Positions 20,423 through 31,707 of a stretch of 34,034 nucleotides of DNA are shown here, piece after piece. Origin of the DNA: an uncultured Verrucomicrobiota bacterium (lineage in GTDB: Bacteria > Verrucomicrobiota > Verrucomicrobiia > Palsa-1439); contig CAZAQZ010000002.1 in the NCBI GenBank assembly GCA_964487175.1, positions 1 through 34,034 on the forward strand, in the 5' to 3' direction. The position numbers and the translations under genes are program-made. The notes below the pieces were generated by a model. The model searched no databases and was not told the origin of the DNA. It was given only the letters and a program-made list of their open reading frames with translations. How positions within the stretch are numbered: the first letter of the stretch is position 1; every line of letters begins with the position of its first letter.

Positions 20423-20893
20423 CTACCAGCGATAGTGGGCAAACGCGCGATTGGCTTGCGCCATTTTGTGCATATCCTCGCGCTTCTTCACCGCCGCCCC
20501 CGTATTGTTCGACGCATCCACGATCTCGGAGGCCAGAGCCTGCATCATGGCCGTTCCCTTGCGAGCTTTGGCGTAGTCGATCATCCACCGTAGCGCCAAC
20601 GCCTCCTGTCTGTCTGAGGACACCTCGATAGGTACTTGGTAATTGGCGCCACCTACGCGGCGTGACTTCACTTCCAATCGCGGCTTCACGTTTTCCATTG
20701 CCGCCTGCAATACTTCAAGCGGGTTCTTGTCCTTCAGTTTCTCGCTGATGAGATCAAAAGCACCATAAACGACGCCCTCGGCAACAGATTACTTGCCGTC
20801 GCGCATTACTGTATTGACCATCCGCGTGACCAGCGCGCTGTTATATCGCGGATCGGTCGCACGAACTCGTTTCTCTGATCGTCGTCTTCGCAT
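20423..20893 (-). pseudogene. rpsG: 30S ribosomal protein uS7 reading frame interrupted by an in-frame TAA at codon 35 (20789..20791)
   Basis: Hand translation from the ATG at 20893 gives [115 protein letters not shown]…[23 protein letters not shown]. Both halves are in the same frame (20893-20710=183, 20893-20791=102). The stop replaces the second Lys of the conserved DGKKS motif. The ORF track shows only the 95-aa distal fragment (20423..20710). This could be a sequencing error rather than a true pseudogene. Confidence 0.85.
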
Positions 20894-20906
20894 AACTTCA
20901 AATCGC

Positions 20907-21305
20907 CTAGGCAGCCGCCTTTGGTGCAGCTGCTTCCTTCGGTCGTTTCACTCCGTACTTGCTCCGGCTGCGCCGCCGTTTTTCGACGCCCATCGCATCC
21001 AGCGTGCCGCGCACAATATGATAGCGCACACCCGGCAGGTCCTTCACACGACCGCCGCGCACGAGCACGATCGAGTGTTCCTGCAGATTATGGCCCTCGT
21101 CGGGAATGTACGCGATGACTTCCACACCGTTTGTCAGCCGCACCTTGGCGACCTTGCGCAATGCCGAATTCGGTTTCTTCGGGGTGCGTGTCATCACTTG
21201 CAGACACACTCCGCGTCGCTGTGGGCAATTGCCCAGTGCAGGCGCCTTCGATTTCGCCTTCAGCTGAGACCGCCCTTTTCGTACTAACTGATTAATTGTT
21301 GGCAT
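20907..21305 (-). CDS. rpsL: 30S ribosomal protein uS12
   Basis: 132 aa. [12 protein letters not shown]…[34 protein letters not shown]…[19 protein letters not shown] is canonical S12, with a short Ala/Pro/Lys C-terminal tail. Confidence 0.98.
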   Translation of the reverse strand: MPTINQLVRKGRSQLKAKSKAPALGNCPQRRGVCLQVMTRTPKKPNSALRKVAKVRLTNGVEVIAYIPDEGHNLQEHSIVLVRGGRVKDLPGVRYHIVRGTLDAMGVEKRRRSRSKYGVKRPKEAAAPKAAA

Positions 21306-21343
21306 TCTAAAAACACCTTTACACCTTTACGCAAAGAGCGCGA

Positions 21344-21372
21344 AAAATATCACACGCCCGCGCGCTACGCAA
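21344..21372 (-). promoter_or_regulatory. Candidate sigma70-type promoter for rpsL-rpsG-fusA in the rpoC-rpsL spacer
   Basis: The minus strand reads TTGCGT (21367..21372), a 17-nt spacer, then TGA-TATTTT (extended -10; the hexamer is 21344..21349). About 30 nt downstream are two SD-like copies of AAAGGTGT before the rpsL ATG. This is pattern matching by eye only. Confidence 0.3.
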
Positions 21373-21401
21373 GCCCTATTCAACACCGTCTTTCCTACAA
21401 A

Positions 21402-24400
21402 TTAGCCTGTTGCCTCGGCTGTCTCTTCGGCGGGCTTTTCCTCTTTGATTTCCAATGGTTCTGGTTGTTCGACGGGTTCTCCCAGCGGAATCAATTTCAC
21501 ATTTCGGTGCTTGTAATAGCCCGTGCCTGCCGGAATCAAATGTCCCATAATGACGTTTTCTTTAAAGCCACGCAAGTAGTCCACGCGCCCCAGCGTGGCG
21601 GCTTCCGTCAAAATGCGCGTTGTATCCTGGAAGGATGCGGCGCTGATGAATGATTCCGTTCCCAGGGATGCCTTTGTGATCCCGAGCAATACCGGCTGCG
21701 CCTCGGCAGGTTTGCCGCCCGCCTCGGTTACACGACGGTTCTCCTCTTCGAAGGTGATCTTGTCGACTTGATCATCCCACAAGAACCGTGTATCACCCGG
21801 ATCCACCACGCGCACCTTGCGCAGCATCTGCCGCACGATGATTTCGATGTGCTTGTCGTTGATCTCGACACCTTGCAGCCGATACACTTCCTGGACCTCG
21901 TTGACCAAATACTCTTGCAAGTCCTGCGGTCCGCAAACCTCCAACACCTCATGCGGCACTACCGGACCTTCCGTCAGCTGCTGCCCCTTCTTCACACCAT
22001 CGCCACGAAAGACAATGATGTGCTTGTTGTGCGGAATCAAATGCTCTTCCTCGGCGCCGGTCTTCGGATCCTTTACAAGTATCCGGCGTTTACCGCGACC
22101 CGTCCCTGCAAAATCGACGATCCCGTCGATCTTCGCAATCTCCGCTGCATCCTTTGGCCGCCGAGCCTCAAACAACTCGGCTACACGCGGAAGACCGCCA
22201 GTGATGTCCTTCGTGCGGAAGACCTTTCGCGGCGTCTTCGCCAGCAACGCGCCAGCCTGAATCTTGTCGGATTCGTCAACTACCACATGCGCGCCCGCCG
22301 GAATTGCGTAGAATGCCAGCATCTCACCCGCCTCATTGACGACGTTAATTTGTGGATGCAGATCTTCCTTATGTTCGATGATGACCGTGCCCATCAGGCC
22401 AGTCGCTTCATCGAGTTCCTTACGCATCGTGATACCCTCAATGATGTCATGGAACTTGACGATACCCGCCATTTCCGAGAGAACCGGCACGTTATATGGG
22501 TCCCACTGCACAAACGTGTCTCCCTTTTTGACCGGACCGCCATCCGCCGCACTGATCTCGGCGCCGACGACCACCGAGTAGCGCTCCAATTCGCGGCCTT
22601 CCCCGTTGTAAATGGCTACCTGGCCGTTCTTGTTCAAAACGATCCAATTGCCCTCAATGCGACGTACGGCACGAACTTCATGATAGCGAAGAATTCCATC
22701 GTTCTTGGCTTTGATCTGCGGCTGCTTGAACACCTGGCTGGCCGTTCCACCGATATGGAACGTACGCATAGTAAGCTGGGTGCCGGGCTCGCCAATTGAC
22801 TGGGCCGCTATGATCCCGATTGCCTGGCCGATCTTGACCATCTGACTCGTCGCCAGATTGCGCCCATAGCAGAACGCGCACACGCCACGCCGCGATTCGC
22901 ATGTCAGCACCGATCGAATCTTGACCTTCTCAATCCCTAGTCGTGTGACTGCTTCAGCAGCCGCTTCGTCCACTTCGCTGTTGGCCTTGATAATCTTCTT
23001 CTTGGTCATCGGGTCTGTGATGTCTTCAGCGGCAATGCGCCCAATAATGCGCTCGCTTAGCCGCACCACCTCGTCCTCGCCTTCGTAAATTGGCTTGACC
23101 ACGATGCCATTAACTGTGCCGCAGTCCTCTTCCTGCACGATCACATCCTGCGCTACATCCACGAGCTTGCGCGTCAGATAACCTGAATCGGCGGTCTTCA
23201 ATGCCGTATCGGCAAGGCCCTTACGAGCGCCGTGCGTCGAAATGAAGTACTCCAACACACTCAGGCCTTCTCGAAAGTTTGACAGGATCGGCCGCTCAAT
23301 GATTTCGCCCGATGGCTTTGCCATCAATCCGCGCATGCCCGCCAGCTGACGAATCTGCTGGCGCGAACCACGGGCCTTGCTATCGACCATGATGAAGACC
23401 GGATTCAACTCGGGCCGGCCTCCATTGTGTTCCATCGTGGCGTACATCAGGTTGGAAATCTTGTCTGTGGCGTGAGTCCAAATGTCGATGATCTTGTTGT
23501 ATCGCTCGCCGTCCGTAATGATACCGCGGCGATACTGTTTCTCGACCTCCGCGACGTCCTTGAGAGCCTCGCCAATGACTTGCTGCTTTTCCTTCGGGAC
23601 GATCATGTCCTCAATCCCGATCGAGATGCCCGCCTTGGTCGCGCTGTCAAAACCAAGCGCCTTCAGCTTGTCCAGCACTTCCACCGTGCGTCCGTGGCCG
23701 ACCGTGCGGTAGCACTGCCAGATGATGTCGCCAAGTTTGGTTTTATCCACGGCTTTGTTGTAGAAACCCAATTCCACAGGCCAAATCTCGTTGAAAAGAA
23801 CCCGACCAACGGTTGTCTCGATGACCTTCGATACCGGATCGCCGTATACGGTTTGACGACCGTAATCGGGGTTTTTCAACCGGATCCTCTCATGGATCGT
23901 CACGTCGTCTTCATCGCGCGTGAAGAAGACTTCCTGGGCGTCCGAAAACAGCTTCATCGGCTTCGGTTCGACTCCACGCTCCGGCCTGCCTCCGTGCGTT
24001 AAGTAATACATGCCCAACGCAATGTCCTGGGTTGGCGTGGTAATTGGCTTGCCGCTTGAGGGCGAGAAAATGTTGTTCGTCGCCAGCATGAGCATGCGTG
24101 CTTCCAATTGTGCCTCCACCGACAACGGAACGTGTACAGCCATTTGATCGCCGTCGAAGTCAGCGTTATAGGCGGTGCAAACCAACGGGTGAATGCGAAT
24201 CGCATCCCCTTCAATCAGCAACGGTTCAAACGCCTGGATCGACAACCGGTGCAGTGTCGGCGCGCGGTTGAGCAACACAGGATGACCTTTGCTGACCTCT
24301 TCGAGAATGTCCCAGACCTCGGGTGATTGGCGCTCGATCATCTTCTTGGCCGAGCGAATCGTGTGGACAAGACCCATCTCGCGCAACTTCCGAATGATAA

Positions 24401-25583
24401 ACGGCTCGAACAACACGAGCGCCATTTTCTTGGGCAAGCCACATTGATTCAGCTTGAGCTCCGGCCCAATGACGATGACCGAACGTCCCGAGTAATCCAC
24501 GCGTTTGCCGAGCAGGTTCTGGCGGAACCGGCCCTGCTTGCCCTTGAGCATGTCCGCCAGTGATTTCAACGCGCGGCCGCCTGCTCCTGTAACGGGACGC
24601 CCATGGCGACCATTATCGAGCAATGCATCCACGGCCTCCTGCAGCATGCGCTTCTCGTTGCGGATGATGACTTCCGGCGTCTTCAATTGAAGCAGGTTCT
24701 TCAACCGGTTGTTGCGGTTGATCACACGGCGATACAAATCATTCAGATCGCTCGTCGCAAATCGTCCACCTTCCAGCGGCACCAATGGCCGCAGGTCCGG
24801 GGGGATGACAGGAAGCACTTCCAGCACCATCCACTCAGGACGCATCTTCGATGCGAGGAATCCCTTCACGAGCTTGAGACGCTTAGCGATCTTCTTACGG
24901 ATCTGCTTGCTCTTGGTCGAATCGAGTTGATGATCGAGATCGTGCGCCAGCTTGCGCATATCAATCTTGGTCAGCAACTCCTTCACTGCCTCGGCGCCCA
25001 TTTTTGCGAAGAAACCGTCACCGTATTGCTCCCGCGCCTCACGAAATTCCATTTCCGTCAGAAGTTGCTTCGGCTTGAGCGGCGTCTTGCCTTCGTCGAT
25101 GACGATGTAATCCTCATAATACAATACGCGTTCCAAATCGCGCGCGGTCATGTCCAGCATCAACCCCATCCGCGACGGCATCGCCTTGAAAAACCAAATG
25201 TGACTTACCGGCACCGCCAGTTCGATGTGCCCCATGCGTTCACGGCGCACGCGAGCCAGGGTAACTTCCACGCCGCACCGGTCGCAAATCACCCCGCGAT
25301 GCTTGATGCGCTTGTATTTTCCGCAATTGCACTCCCAATCCCGCACGGGGCCGAAAATGCGTTCGCAGAAGAGACCACCCTTTTCCGGTTTGAACGTGCG
25401 GTAGTTGATCGTCTCGGGATTCTTGACCTCCCCGTGTGACCAACTCCGAACCGTCTCCGGTGACGCGACACCAATGCTGACTTGATCGAACGCCTCGGTC
25501 TTCTCCAGCCCCAGCGCAGCGCGGGCTGCGGCGGTCGCGGCAGCAGCAGATGGAATGGCAGGTGCGGTTTTTGTAGTGGTCAT
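21402..25583 (-). CDS. rpoC: DNA-directed RNA polymerase subunit beta'
   Basis: 1393 aa. Zn-finger region [23 protein letters not shown]; catalytic motif [17 protein letters not shown]; and …[17 protein letters not shown]…. It starts 3 nt after the rpoB stop. Confidence 0.99.
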   Translation of the reverse strand: MTTTKTAPAIPSAAAATAAARAALGLEKTEAFDQVSIGVASPETVRSWSHGEVKNPETINYRTFKPEKGGLFCERIFGPVRDWECNCGKYKRIKHRGVICDRCGVEVTLARVRRERMGHIELAVPVSHIWFFKAMPSRMGLMLDMTARDLERVLYYEDYIVIDEGKTPLKPKQLLTEMEFREAREQYGDGFFAKMGAEAVKELLTKIDMRKLAHDLDHQLDSTKSKQIRKKIAKRLKLVKGFLASKMRPEWMVLEVLPVIPPDLRPLVPLEGGRFATSDLNDLYRRVINRNNRLKNLLQLKTPEVIIRNEKRMLQEAVDALLDNGRHGRPVTGAGGRALKSLADMLKGKQGRFRQNLLGKRVDYSGRSVIVIGPELKLNQCGLPKKMALVLFEPFIIRKLREMGLVHTIRSAKKMIERQSPEVWDILEEVSKGHPVLLNRAPTLHRLSIQAFEPLLIEGDAIRIHPLVCTAYNADFDGDQMAVHVPLSVEAQLEARMLMLATNNIFSPSSGKPITTPTQDIALGMYYLTHGGRPERGVEPKPMKLFSDAQEVFFTRDEDDVTIHERIRLKNPDYGRQTVYGDPVSKVIETTVGRVLFNEIWPVELGFYNKAVDKTKLGDIIWQCYRTVGHGRTVEVLDKLKALGFDSATKAGISIGIEDMIVPKEKQQVIGEALKDVAEVEKQYRRGIITDGERYNKIIDIWTHATDKISNLMYATMEHNGGRPELNPVFIMVDSKARGSRQQIRQLAGMRGLMAKPSGEIIERPILSNFREGLSVLEYFISTHGARKGLADTALKTADSGYLTRKLVDVAQDVIVQEEDCGTVNGIVVKPIYEGEDEVVRLSERIIGRIAAEDITDPMTKKKIIKANSEVDEAAAEAVTRLGIEKVKIRSVLTCESRRGVCAFCYGRNLATSQMVKIGQAIGIIAAQSIGEPGTQLTMRTFHIGGTASQVFKQPQIKAKNDGILRYHEVRAVRRIEGNWIVLNKNGQVAIYNGEGRELERYSVVVGAEISAADGGPVKKGDTFVQWDPYNVPVLSEMAGIVKFHDIIEGITMRKELDEATGLMGTVIIEHKEDLHPQINVVNEAGEMLAFYAIPAGAHVVVDESDKIQAGALLAKTPRKVFRTKDITGGLPRVAELFEARRPKDAAEIAKIDGIVDFAGTGRGKRRILVKDPKTGAEEEHLIPHNKHIIVFRGDGVKKGQQLTEGPVVPHEVLEVCGPQDLQEYLVNEVQEVYRLQGVEINDKHIEIIVRQMLRKVRVVDPGDTRFLWDDQVDKITFEEENRRVTEAGGKPAEAQPVLLGITKASLGTESFISAASFQDTTRILTEAATLGRVDYLRGFKENVIMGHLIPAGTGYYKHRNVKLIPLGEPVEQPEPLEIKEEKPAEETAEATG

Positions 25584-25586
25584 AAA

Positions 25587-28500
25587 TTACTTTTCGCCTC
25601 CGTTCTTCCCGACCCGGACATCGAGACAGAGACTCTGCATTTCTTTCATCAAGACGTTGAACGATTCAGGAGTTCCCGCTTCGAGTGTGTTATCCCCCTT
25701 CACAATCGACTCGTAGATCCGTGTACGACCCTGCACGTCATCGCTTTTGACTGTGAGCAATTCCTGCAATGCATAGGCGCAACCGTACGCCTCCATCGCC
25801 CAGACTTCCATTTCTCCGAACCGTTGGCCGCCGTACTGTGCCTTGCCTCCCAGCGGTTGCTGTGTCACGAGCGAGTAGGGTCCGACGGCGCGCGCGTGAA
25901 TCTTGTCCGCGACAAGGTGGCCCAGCTTCATCAGATAGATGTAGCCCACTACGACTTCCTGATCGAATCGCGAGCCGTTTCGTCCATCATAGAGCGCGGT
26001 CTTGCCATGCAGGGTGACCCAATCGAATCCCTCCAACTTCTTGGCCTGGTTCATCATGGTCTTGATTTCGTCCTCAGTGACACCATCAAATACCGGCGAC
26101 GCCACGTTGAACCCGAGTGCCTTTGCCGCAACGCCCAAATGCGTCTCCAAGACCTGGCCGACGTTCATACGACTCGGCACACCAAGCGGATTCAGCACGA
26201 TATCCACCGGCGTTCCATCCGGAAGAAACGGCATGTCCTGCTCCGGCACGATCTTTGCAATGACACCCTTATTCCCGTGACGGCCAGCCATTTTATCGCC
26301 AACGCTTAGTTTGCGCTTGCTGGCGATGTACACTTTCACCTGCTTGATGATGCCGGGGTCGACGTCTTCGCCACTCTCGATCCGGTCCATCTGCCGGTCC
26401 CGCTCCATGTCAAGTTCGCTGAACCGGTGCTCGAACTCGCCGATGATCTCCCGAATCTTGATACGGATTGGCGATGGATCGATCTCGATGTGGTCATACA
26501 CCGCCGCGAGCTTGCGCAGCAGTGTCTTGGTGATCTTCCGATTGGCGGGAATAATGATCTCGCCCGTCTCCGCGTTGACCACGTCCAGCGGAATCTTCTC
26601 ACCCAGCAGGATATTGCTAAGTTTTTCGGTCAGCTCTTCACGTAGTTCCGTCGATTTCGACTTGTAATCGTCCTCGATGTGCTTTTTCTGGCGGCGCAAC
26701 TCCGTCGGGGTGAGCTTTGGCCGCGTCGGCTCCTTGCGCGACGAAACCTTAACATCCATCACGATGCCGTACGTGCCGCTGGGCACGCGTAATGAGGTGT
26801 CCTTAACGTCGGCCGCCTTCTCGCCGAAGATCGCGCGCAGCAGTCGCTCTTCCGGTGCGAGTTCGGTTTCGCCTTTCGGCGTGATTTTACCGACCAAAAT
26901 ATCGCCTGGTTTCACCTCCGCGCCGACGCGAATCACGCCGTCGTGGCCAAGGTTCTTCAATGCCTCTTCGCCGACATTGGGAATGTCGCGTGTGATTTCC
27001 TCGGGACCTAGCTTCGTATCACGGGCGCCGACTTCGAATTCATCGATATGTATCGAGGTATACACATCTTCTTTGACAAGACGCTCATTGACGAGGATTG
27101 CGTCCTCAAAGTTGTATCCGTTCCACGGCATGAACGCGACCAGCACATTTCTACCGAGGGCCAATTCCCCATTCTGGCAGCAAGGACCGTCCGCAAGGAC
27201 TTGCCCTTTCTTCACCTTGTCGCCGCCCTTCACAATCGGCTTCTGATTAAAACAGGTGCCTGCGTTTGAGCGCATAAACTTGCGCAACTCATACACCCAA
27301 ATGTGCGCCTCCGGGTCGGTGGCAATCTTGCGTTTACCTTCCGGCATTTCGCCATTCTTTGTCACAATGATGCGGTCGCCTGTGACCGACGCAACCGTGC
27401 CCGCTTCGTCTGCAATCACGCACACCTTGGAATCACGTGCGACGCGGTCTTCCAAACCCGTTCCCACGAACGGCGCTTCGCTCTCAAGCAACGGAACTGC
27501 CTGACGTTGCATGTTCGAGCCCATCAGAGCGCGGTTGGCGTCGTCGTGCTCCAGAAACGGAATCAATCCGGCCGCAACCGACACAAGCTGTTTCGGCGAC
27601 ACGTCCATATAATGGACGCGGTCGGGCTCGACTTCGATAAAGTCGCTCTTGTACCGGCACGAAACCTTCGGAACTTCAAAATGACCTCGACTGTCTACAG
27701 GAGCGTTGGCCTGGGCGACGACGTAGTTCTCTTCCTGATCGGCCGTCAAATAATCCACTTGGTCGCTGACGCGGCCGTTGGTCACTTTGCGGTATGGCGT
27801 CTCGATAAATCCAAATTCATTCACACGGGCGTAAATGCTCATCGCACTGATCAAGCCGATGTTCGGTCCTTCCGGCGTCTCGATCGGGCAAATACGTCCG
27901 TAATGCGATGGATGAACGTCGCGGACCTCAAATCCCGCGCGCTCGCGCGACAAACCACCAGGCCCAAGGGCCGACAAGCGACGCTTGTGTGTCAACTCGC
28001 TCAGTGGATTCGTTTGATCCATGAACTGGCTAAGCTGGCTGCGGCCGAAGAAATCACGAATCACGGCCGATAACGCCTTGGGATTGACCAGCGCCTGCGG
28101 CGTCATCGTGTCGGTACTGACGTCAAACAACGTCATGCGCTCCTTGACAACCCGCTCGGTGCGGGCCAGACCAATACGGCACTGGTTCGCAAGCAGTTCG
28201 CCCACAGTGCGTAAACGGCGGCTGCCAAGATGGTCGATGTCGTCAATAGACCCTTCGCCCTTGCGCAGATTGACCAAATACTTCAATGCCTCGATCAGGT
28301 CTTCCTTCTCCAAAACGCGGCTGTCGAGTTCGACGTTACGGTTCAGTTTTTGATTGAGCTTATAGCGACCAACGCGACCGAGGTCGTACCGGCGCGGATC
28401 AAAGAACAGCCGTTTGATCAGCGCGTTGGCGTTGGCGACCGTCGGCGGATCACCCGGCCGCAAGCGGCGGTAGATTTCCTTCAGCGCCTCTTCAGTGTCC

Positions 28501-29378
28501 TTGCACGGGTCCTTTTTTAAGCTGCGGATAATCGTGCCATCATCCACCGACGTGTCGACGACCTTGACCTTGTCGACATCCATGTCCATGAGTTGCCGGC
28601 AAATGGCTTTCGTCAAAGGCTCGAAGGCGCGCGCCACGACGACCTGTTTCTCCTTGTCCATTACGTCGGCGATAAGCACTTTCTCCGTGCTCTCGTCTTG
28701 TGACGCGAACTCCTTCAGCTTCACGTCCTCAATCTGATAAAACAGCTTGAGGATTTCCTCATCCGTGCCATATCCGAGCGCACGCAAGAAAGTCGATACT
28801 AAGAATTTTCGGCGACGATGACGCCGGTCCAAGTACACATTCAATAGGTCGCTGTTGTCGAACTGACACTCCAGCCACGTGCCACGGTCGGGAATGATCC
28901 GGAAACCGAACAGAAGCTTGCCACTGGTGTGGACCGTCTGCTCGAAACAAATGCCTGGAGAACGATGCAATTGGCTTACGATGACGCGTTCAGCACCATT
29001 GATTACCAAGCTGCCCGAAGGCGTCATGAGCGGGATTTCGCCCATGTACACCTTTTCTTCCTTCGTGCCATTGGTATCTTTGAGACGGAAGGTCACATGC
29101 AGCGGCGCGCTGTACGTAATGCCTTCGCGCAGGCAATCCAGCCAGGTGAGTTTCGATTCACCGACGCTGTACTCCGTGAAATCCAGCGTGGCTTGTCCGT
29201 CGTAACTCTCGATCGGAAAGACCTCCTTAAACACCGCCTGCAAGCCGATGTTCTTCCGCCGGCTCGGCTGGTTCGCCTGGAGGAACTCCTCATACGACTG
29301 AATCTGCGCCTCAATCAACGGAGGCGGTTCGATTACATCGCCCAACTTGCCGAAATATTTTCGTTCAAGCATCGCCAC
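25587..29378 (-). CDS. rpoB: DNA-directed RNA polymerase subunit beta
   Basis: 1263 aa. Motifs: …[68 protein letters not shown]… and …[13 protein letters not shown]…. The start is GTG at 29378 (or ATG at 29372). Confidence 0.99.
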   Translation of the reverse strand: MAMLERKYFGKLGDVIEPPPLIEAQIQSYEEFLQANQPSRRKNIGLQAVFKEVFPIESYDGQATLDFTEYSVGESKLTWLDCLREGITYSAPLHVTFRLKDTNGTKEEKVYMGEIPLMTPSGSLVINGAERVIVSQLHRSPGICFEQTVHTSGKLLFGFRIIPDRGTWLECQFDNSDLLNVYLDRRHRRRKFLVSTFLRALGYGTDEEILKLFYQIEDVKLKEFASQDESTEKVLIADVMDKEKQVVVARAFEPLTKAICRQLMDMDVDKVKVVDTSVDDGTIIRSLKKDPCKDTEEALKEIYRRLRPGDPPTVANANALIKRLFFDPRRYDLGRVGRYKLNQKLNRNVELDSRVLEKEDLIEALKYLVNLRKGEGSIDDIDHLGSRRLRTVGELLANQCRIGLARTERVVKERMTLFDVSTDTMTPQALVNPKALSAVIRDFFGRSQLSQFMDQTNPLSELTHKRRLSALGPGGLSRERAGFEVRDVHPSHYGRICPIETPEGPNIGLISAMSIYARVNEFGFIETPYRKVTNGRVSDQVDYLTADQEENYVVAQANAPVDSRGHFEVPKVSCRYKSDFIEVEPDRVHYMDVSPKQLVSVAAGLIPFLEHDDANRALMGSNMQRQAVPLLESEAPFVGTGLEDRVARDSKVCVIADEAGTVASVTGDRIIVTKNGEMPEGKRKIATDPEAHIWVYELRKFMRSNAGTCFNQKPIVKGGDKVKKGQVLADGPCCQNGELALGRNVLVAFMPWNGYNFEDAILVNERLVKEDVYTSIHIDEFEVGARDTKLGPEEITRDIPNVGEEALKNLGHDGVIRVGAEVKPGDILVGKITPKGETELAPEERLLRAIFGEKAADVKDTSLRVPSGTYGIVMDVKVSSRKEPTRPKLTPTELRRQKKHIEDDYKSKSTELREELTEKLSNILLGEKIPLDVVNAETGEIIIPANRKITKTLLRKLAAVYDHIEIDPSPIRIKIREIIGEFEHRFSELDMERDRQMDRIESGEDVDPGIIKQVKVYIASKRKLSVGDKMAGRHGNKGVIAKIVPEQDMPFLPDGTPVDIVLNPLGVPSRMNVGQVLETHLGVAAKALGFNVASPVFDGVTEDEIKTMMNQAKKLEGFDWVTLHGKTALYDGRNGSRFDQEVVVGYIYLMKLGHLVADKIHARAVGPYSLVTQQPLGGKAQYGGQRFGEMEVWAMEAYGCAYALQELLTVKSDDVQGRTRIYESIVKGDNTLEAGTPESFNVLMKEMQSLCLDVRVGKNGGEK

Positions 29379-29451
29379 TTCCCGGGCACCAGGCCCTTGC
29401 CCCCGGCCACATCCACCGGGGTATTTAACCGATTCGTTTTCTGCGTTCGCG

Positions 29452-29832
29452 TTACTTCAATTCGACTTTGGCGCCAGCCGCTTCGAGCTTCTTCTTGATC
29501 TCTTCGGCTTCTTCCTTCGTCGCACCTTCCTTCACGGTTTTCGGAGCGCCTTCGACGAGGTCTTTGGCTTCCTTCAAACCTAGGCTGGTCACCACGCGCA
29601 CTTCCTTGATCACGCCGATCTTGTTCGCGCCGACTTCCTTCAAAATCACATCAAAGGTGGTCTTCGCTTCCGCAGCGGGTGCTGCTGCTCCGCCTGCGGG
29701 TGCCGCCGCCGCTGCGACAGGAGCCGCAGCGCTGACGCCCCACTTCTCTTCCAGTTTCTTCGAGAGTTGAGCGGCTTCAATCACCGTCAACCCGCTTAAC
29801 TGCTCCACAATGTTGTCCAAGTCCACTGCCAT
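29452..29832 (-). CDS. rplL: 50S ribosomal protein bL12 (L7/L12)
   Basis: 126 aa. …[26 protein letters not shown], an Ala/Pro hinge, then …[33 protein letters not shown]…AAGAKVELK is canonical. Confidence 0.98.
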   Translation of the reverse strand: MAVDLDNIVEQLSGLTVIEAAQLSKKLEEKWGVSAAAPVAAAAAPAGGAAAPAAEAKTTFDVILKEVGANKIGVIKEVRVVTSLGLKEAKDLVEGAPKTVKEGATKEEAEEIKKKLEAAGAKVELK

Positions 29833-29934
29833 GTTCGTCTACCTTTCTATCGGTGTCGTCGCGATTCGAAGCCTCGAATCAATTAAGCGCCGCCGCCGCG
29901 GCCCCGACGAGGTACCCTTTGTTTCTTTCGATCC

Positions 29935-30474
29935 CTATGCCGCGGCAGGTTGCGCCGCGCCTTGCTTGTCCGCGTATGCCTTGATAACACGCGCGATCTG
30001 ACTCGCGGGGGCGCCGAGCACCACCGCCATCCGAGTAGCCGGTGTTTGCAGCAGGCCGATCAACTGCGACCGCAAGGCGTCCAGCGACGGCAGATCCGCC
30101 ACCGCCGACACGTCTTCAGCCTTAAGCAGTTGCTTACCCATGACGCCTAGCTTGACCTTCGGTTTCTGAAACTCCTTGGTGAACTGTTTGAGGATCTTAG
30201 CCGTAGCGCTGATGTCAGATTGCTTCGTGCCGATCACGATGGCCGTCATGCCGGACAACCCGTCATCAAACTCTCCCAAGCCAGCCGTTTTTGCCGCATG
30301 TCGGAGCATCGTGTTCTTCACGACGTGGCACTCGGCGTGCGCGCTGCGTAACTTCTTCCGTAAATCGGCGAATTGGGTAACGGTCATTCCCATGTAGTCG
30401 GTCATCAATACAAACGGCGATCCCCCAACCTGTTTGCTCAATTCCTCGGCGATCAATTTCTTTTCTGGTCTCAT
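29935..30474 (-). CDS. rplJ: 50S ribosomal protein uL10
   Basis: 179 aa. …GSPFVLMTDYMGMTVTQFADLRKKLRSAHAECHVVKNTMLRHA… is typical L10. Position between rplA and rplL. Confidence 0.96.
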   Translation of the reverse strand: MRPEKKLIAEELSKQVGGSPFVLMTDYMGMTVTQFADLRKKLRSAHAECHVVKNTMLRHAAKTAGLGEFDDGLSGMTAIVIGTKQSDISATAKILKQFTKEFQKPKVKLGVMGKQLLKAEDVSAVADLPSLDALRSQLIGLLQTPATRMAVVLGAPASQIARVIKAYADKQGAAQPAAA

Positions 30475-30487
30475 GACGTCCTGTCTC

Positions 30488-31192
30488 TCAGCTCATGCTG
30501 GGCGTAAATTCGTGCGTATCCACCCGCAATCCCGGACTCATCGTGCTGGCCAGCGTGCAACTCTGGATGAAATGCCCCTTTGAAGTCGTCGGCTTTGCAT
30601 GCATCACCGCAACGATCACGGCCTTGGCGTTTTCCTCAATCGCCTTCGTCTCGAATGACAGTTTGCCAAACGCGACGTGCAGGTTCCCCGCTTTGTCCAT
30701 CTTGAATTCAACACGACCCGCCTTTACTTCCTTCACGGCCTTGGCCGTGTCATCGGCGACGGTTCCAGTTTTCGGGTTCGGCATCAGCCCCTTCGGCCCC
30801 AATACCTTACCCAGCTTGCGGACTTCCTGCATAGCTTCGGGTGTGGCGACGGCTACATCGAAATCCGTCCACCCTTCCTGACATTTCTTGACCAGATCTT
30901 CGAACCCAACAAAGTCCGCGCCCGCGTCCTTGGCCGCCTGTGCAGCTGCGCCCTTGGCGAATACAGCGACACGCACTTTCTTGCCACTGCCGTGAGGCAA
31001 CGCCACCGTGCCGCGCACCATCTGGTCGCTCTGTTTGGGATCAACTCCCAGCTTAAACGCAAGTTCCACGCTCTCGTCAAATTTCGTCTTAGGCATCTTC
31101 TTCAGAGTCTCGACTGCTTCGCCAATACGATACTGCTTCTTCGGCTCAACCAGCTTGACTGCCTCTTTATATCGTTTTCCGTGCGTCGCCAT
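30488..31192 (-). CDS. rplA: 50S ribosomal protein uL1
   Basis: I call the ATG at 31192 (MATHGKRYKEAVKLVEPKKQYRIGEAVETLKKMPKTKFDESVELAFKLGVDPKQSDQMVRGTVALPHG…, 234 aa) as the start. The ORF-track start at 31276 adds 28 non-L1-like residues and overlaps rplK. Confidence 0.95.
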   Translation of the reverse strand: MATHGKRYKEAVKLVEPKKQYRIGEAVETLKKMPKTKFDESVELAFKLGVDPKQSDQMVRGTVALPHGSGKKVRVAVFAKGAAAQAAKDAGADFVGFEDLVKKCQEGWTDFDVAVATPEAMQEVRKLGKVLGPKGLMPNPKTGTVADDTAKAVKEVKAGRVEFKMDKAGNLHVAFGKLSFETKAIEENAKAVIVAVMHAKPTTSKGHFIQSCTLASTMSPGLRVDTHEFTPSMS

Positions 31193-31259
31193 TCCGTCCC
31201 TGATCCTTTTCTGCGGTGCCAACGGCCGATATCTGTTCGGCCTCCCGCAATTTTTCCCG

Positions 31260-31688
31260 CTAGTCCACCACGTCAATGCCCATGCTGCGTGCTGTACCCG
31301 CGATGACGCGGCAGGCCGCGTCTTCGCTCTTGGAATTCAAATCCGCCATCTTGGTCTTCGCGATTTCCAACACCTGCTTGCGAGTCACCTTGCCGACTTT
31401 ATTGCGGTTCGGTTCGCCACTGGCGGTCGCAATCCCCGCTGCCTTCTTCAACAGCGCACTGGCCGGCGGCGATTTCGTGATGAATGTAAAGGTCTTGTCC
31501 TTATATACGGTGATCACCACGGGAATGATCGTTCCCGCCTGCTTTTGCGTAGCCGCATTAAACTGTTTGCAGAACTCCATGATGTTGACGCCCTGCTGCC
31601 CGAGCGCCGGACCAACAGGAGGGGCTGGATTCGCCTGCCCTGCCGGGATCTGCAATTTGATCATGCCAGTGATTGGTTTGCCAGCCAT
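31260..31688 (-). CDS. rplK: 50S ribosomal protein uL11
   Basis: 142 aa. …[36 protein letters not shown]… is canonical L11. Confidence 0.98.
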   Translation of the reverse strand: MAGKPITGMIKLQIPAGQANPAPPVGPALGQQGVNIMEFCKQFNAATQKQAGTIIPVVITVYKDKTFTFITKSPPASALLKKAAGIATASGEPNRNKVGKVTRKQVLEIAKTKMADLNSKSEDAACRVIAGTARSMGIDVVD

Positions 31689-31707
31689 ATGCCCTCAATA
31701 TTATTGG

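Noticed and set aside
20789-20791. The idea that the rpsG TAA reflects a recoded genetic code (TAA as a sense codon)
   Set aside because: TAA terminates several clearly complete genes in this same window at their expected ends (tuf, rplL, rpoB, rpoC, rpsS, rplQ). A global reassignment is therefore untenable.
21768-22799. 343-aa + strand ORF (and 24603..25439, 23427..24002) antisense to rpoC
   Set aside because: It lies entirely inside the unmistakable rpoC frame on the opposite strand. The translation is Arg/Leu/His-rich with no recognisable motifs. This is a typical shadow ORF of a GC-biased long gene.
25482-26309. 275-aa and 256-aa (27303..28073) + strand ORFs antisense to rpoB
   Set aside because: The reasoning is the same. 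They are antisense shadows of rpoB, with no start-site signals or family resemblance.
31193-31276. Longer rplA ORF (262 aa) starting at 31276
   Set aside because: The extra 28 residues are not L1-like and overlap the rplK 3' end. The ATG at 31192 gives the canonical MATHGKRYKEA… opening.
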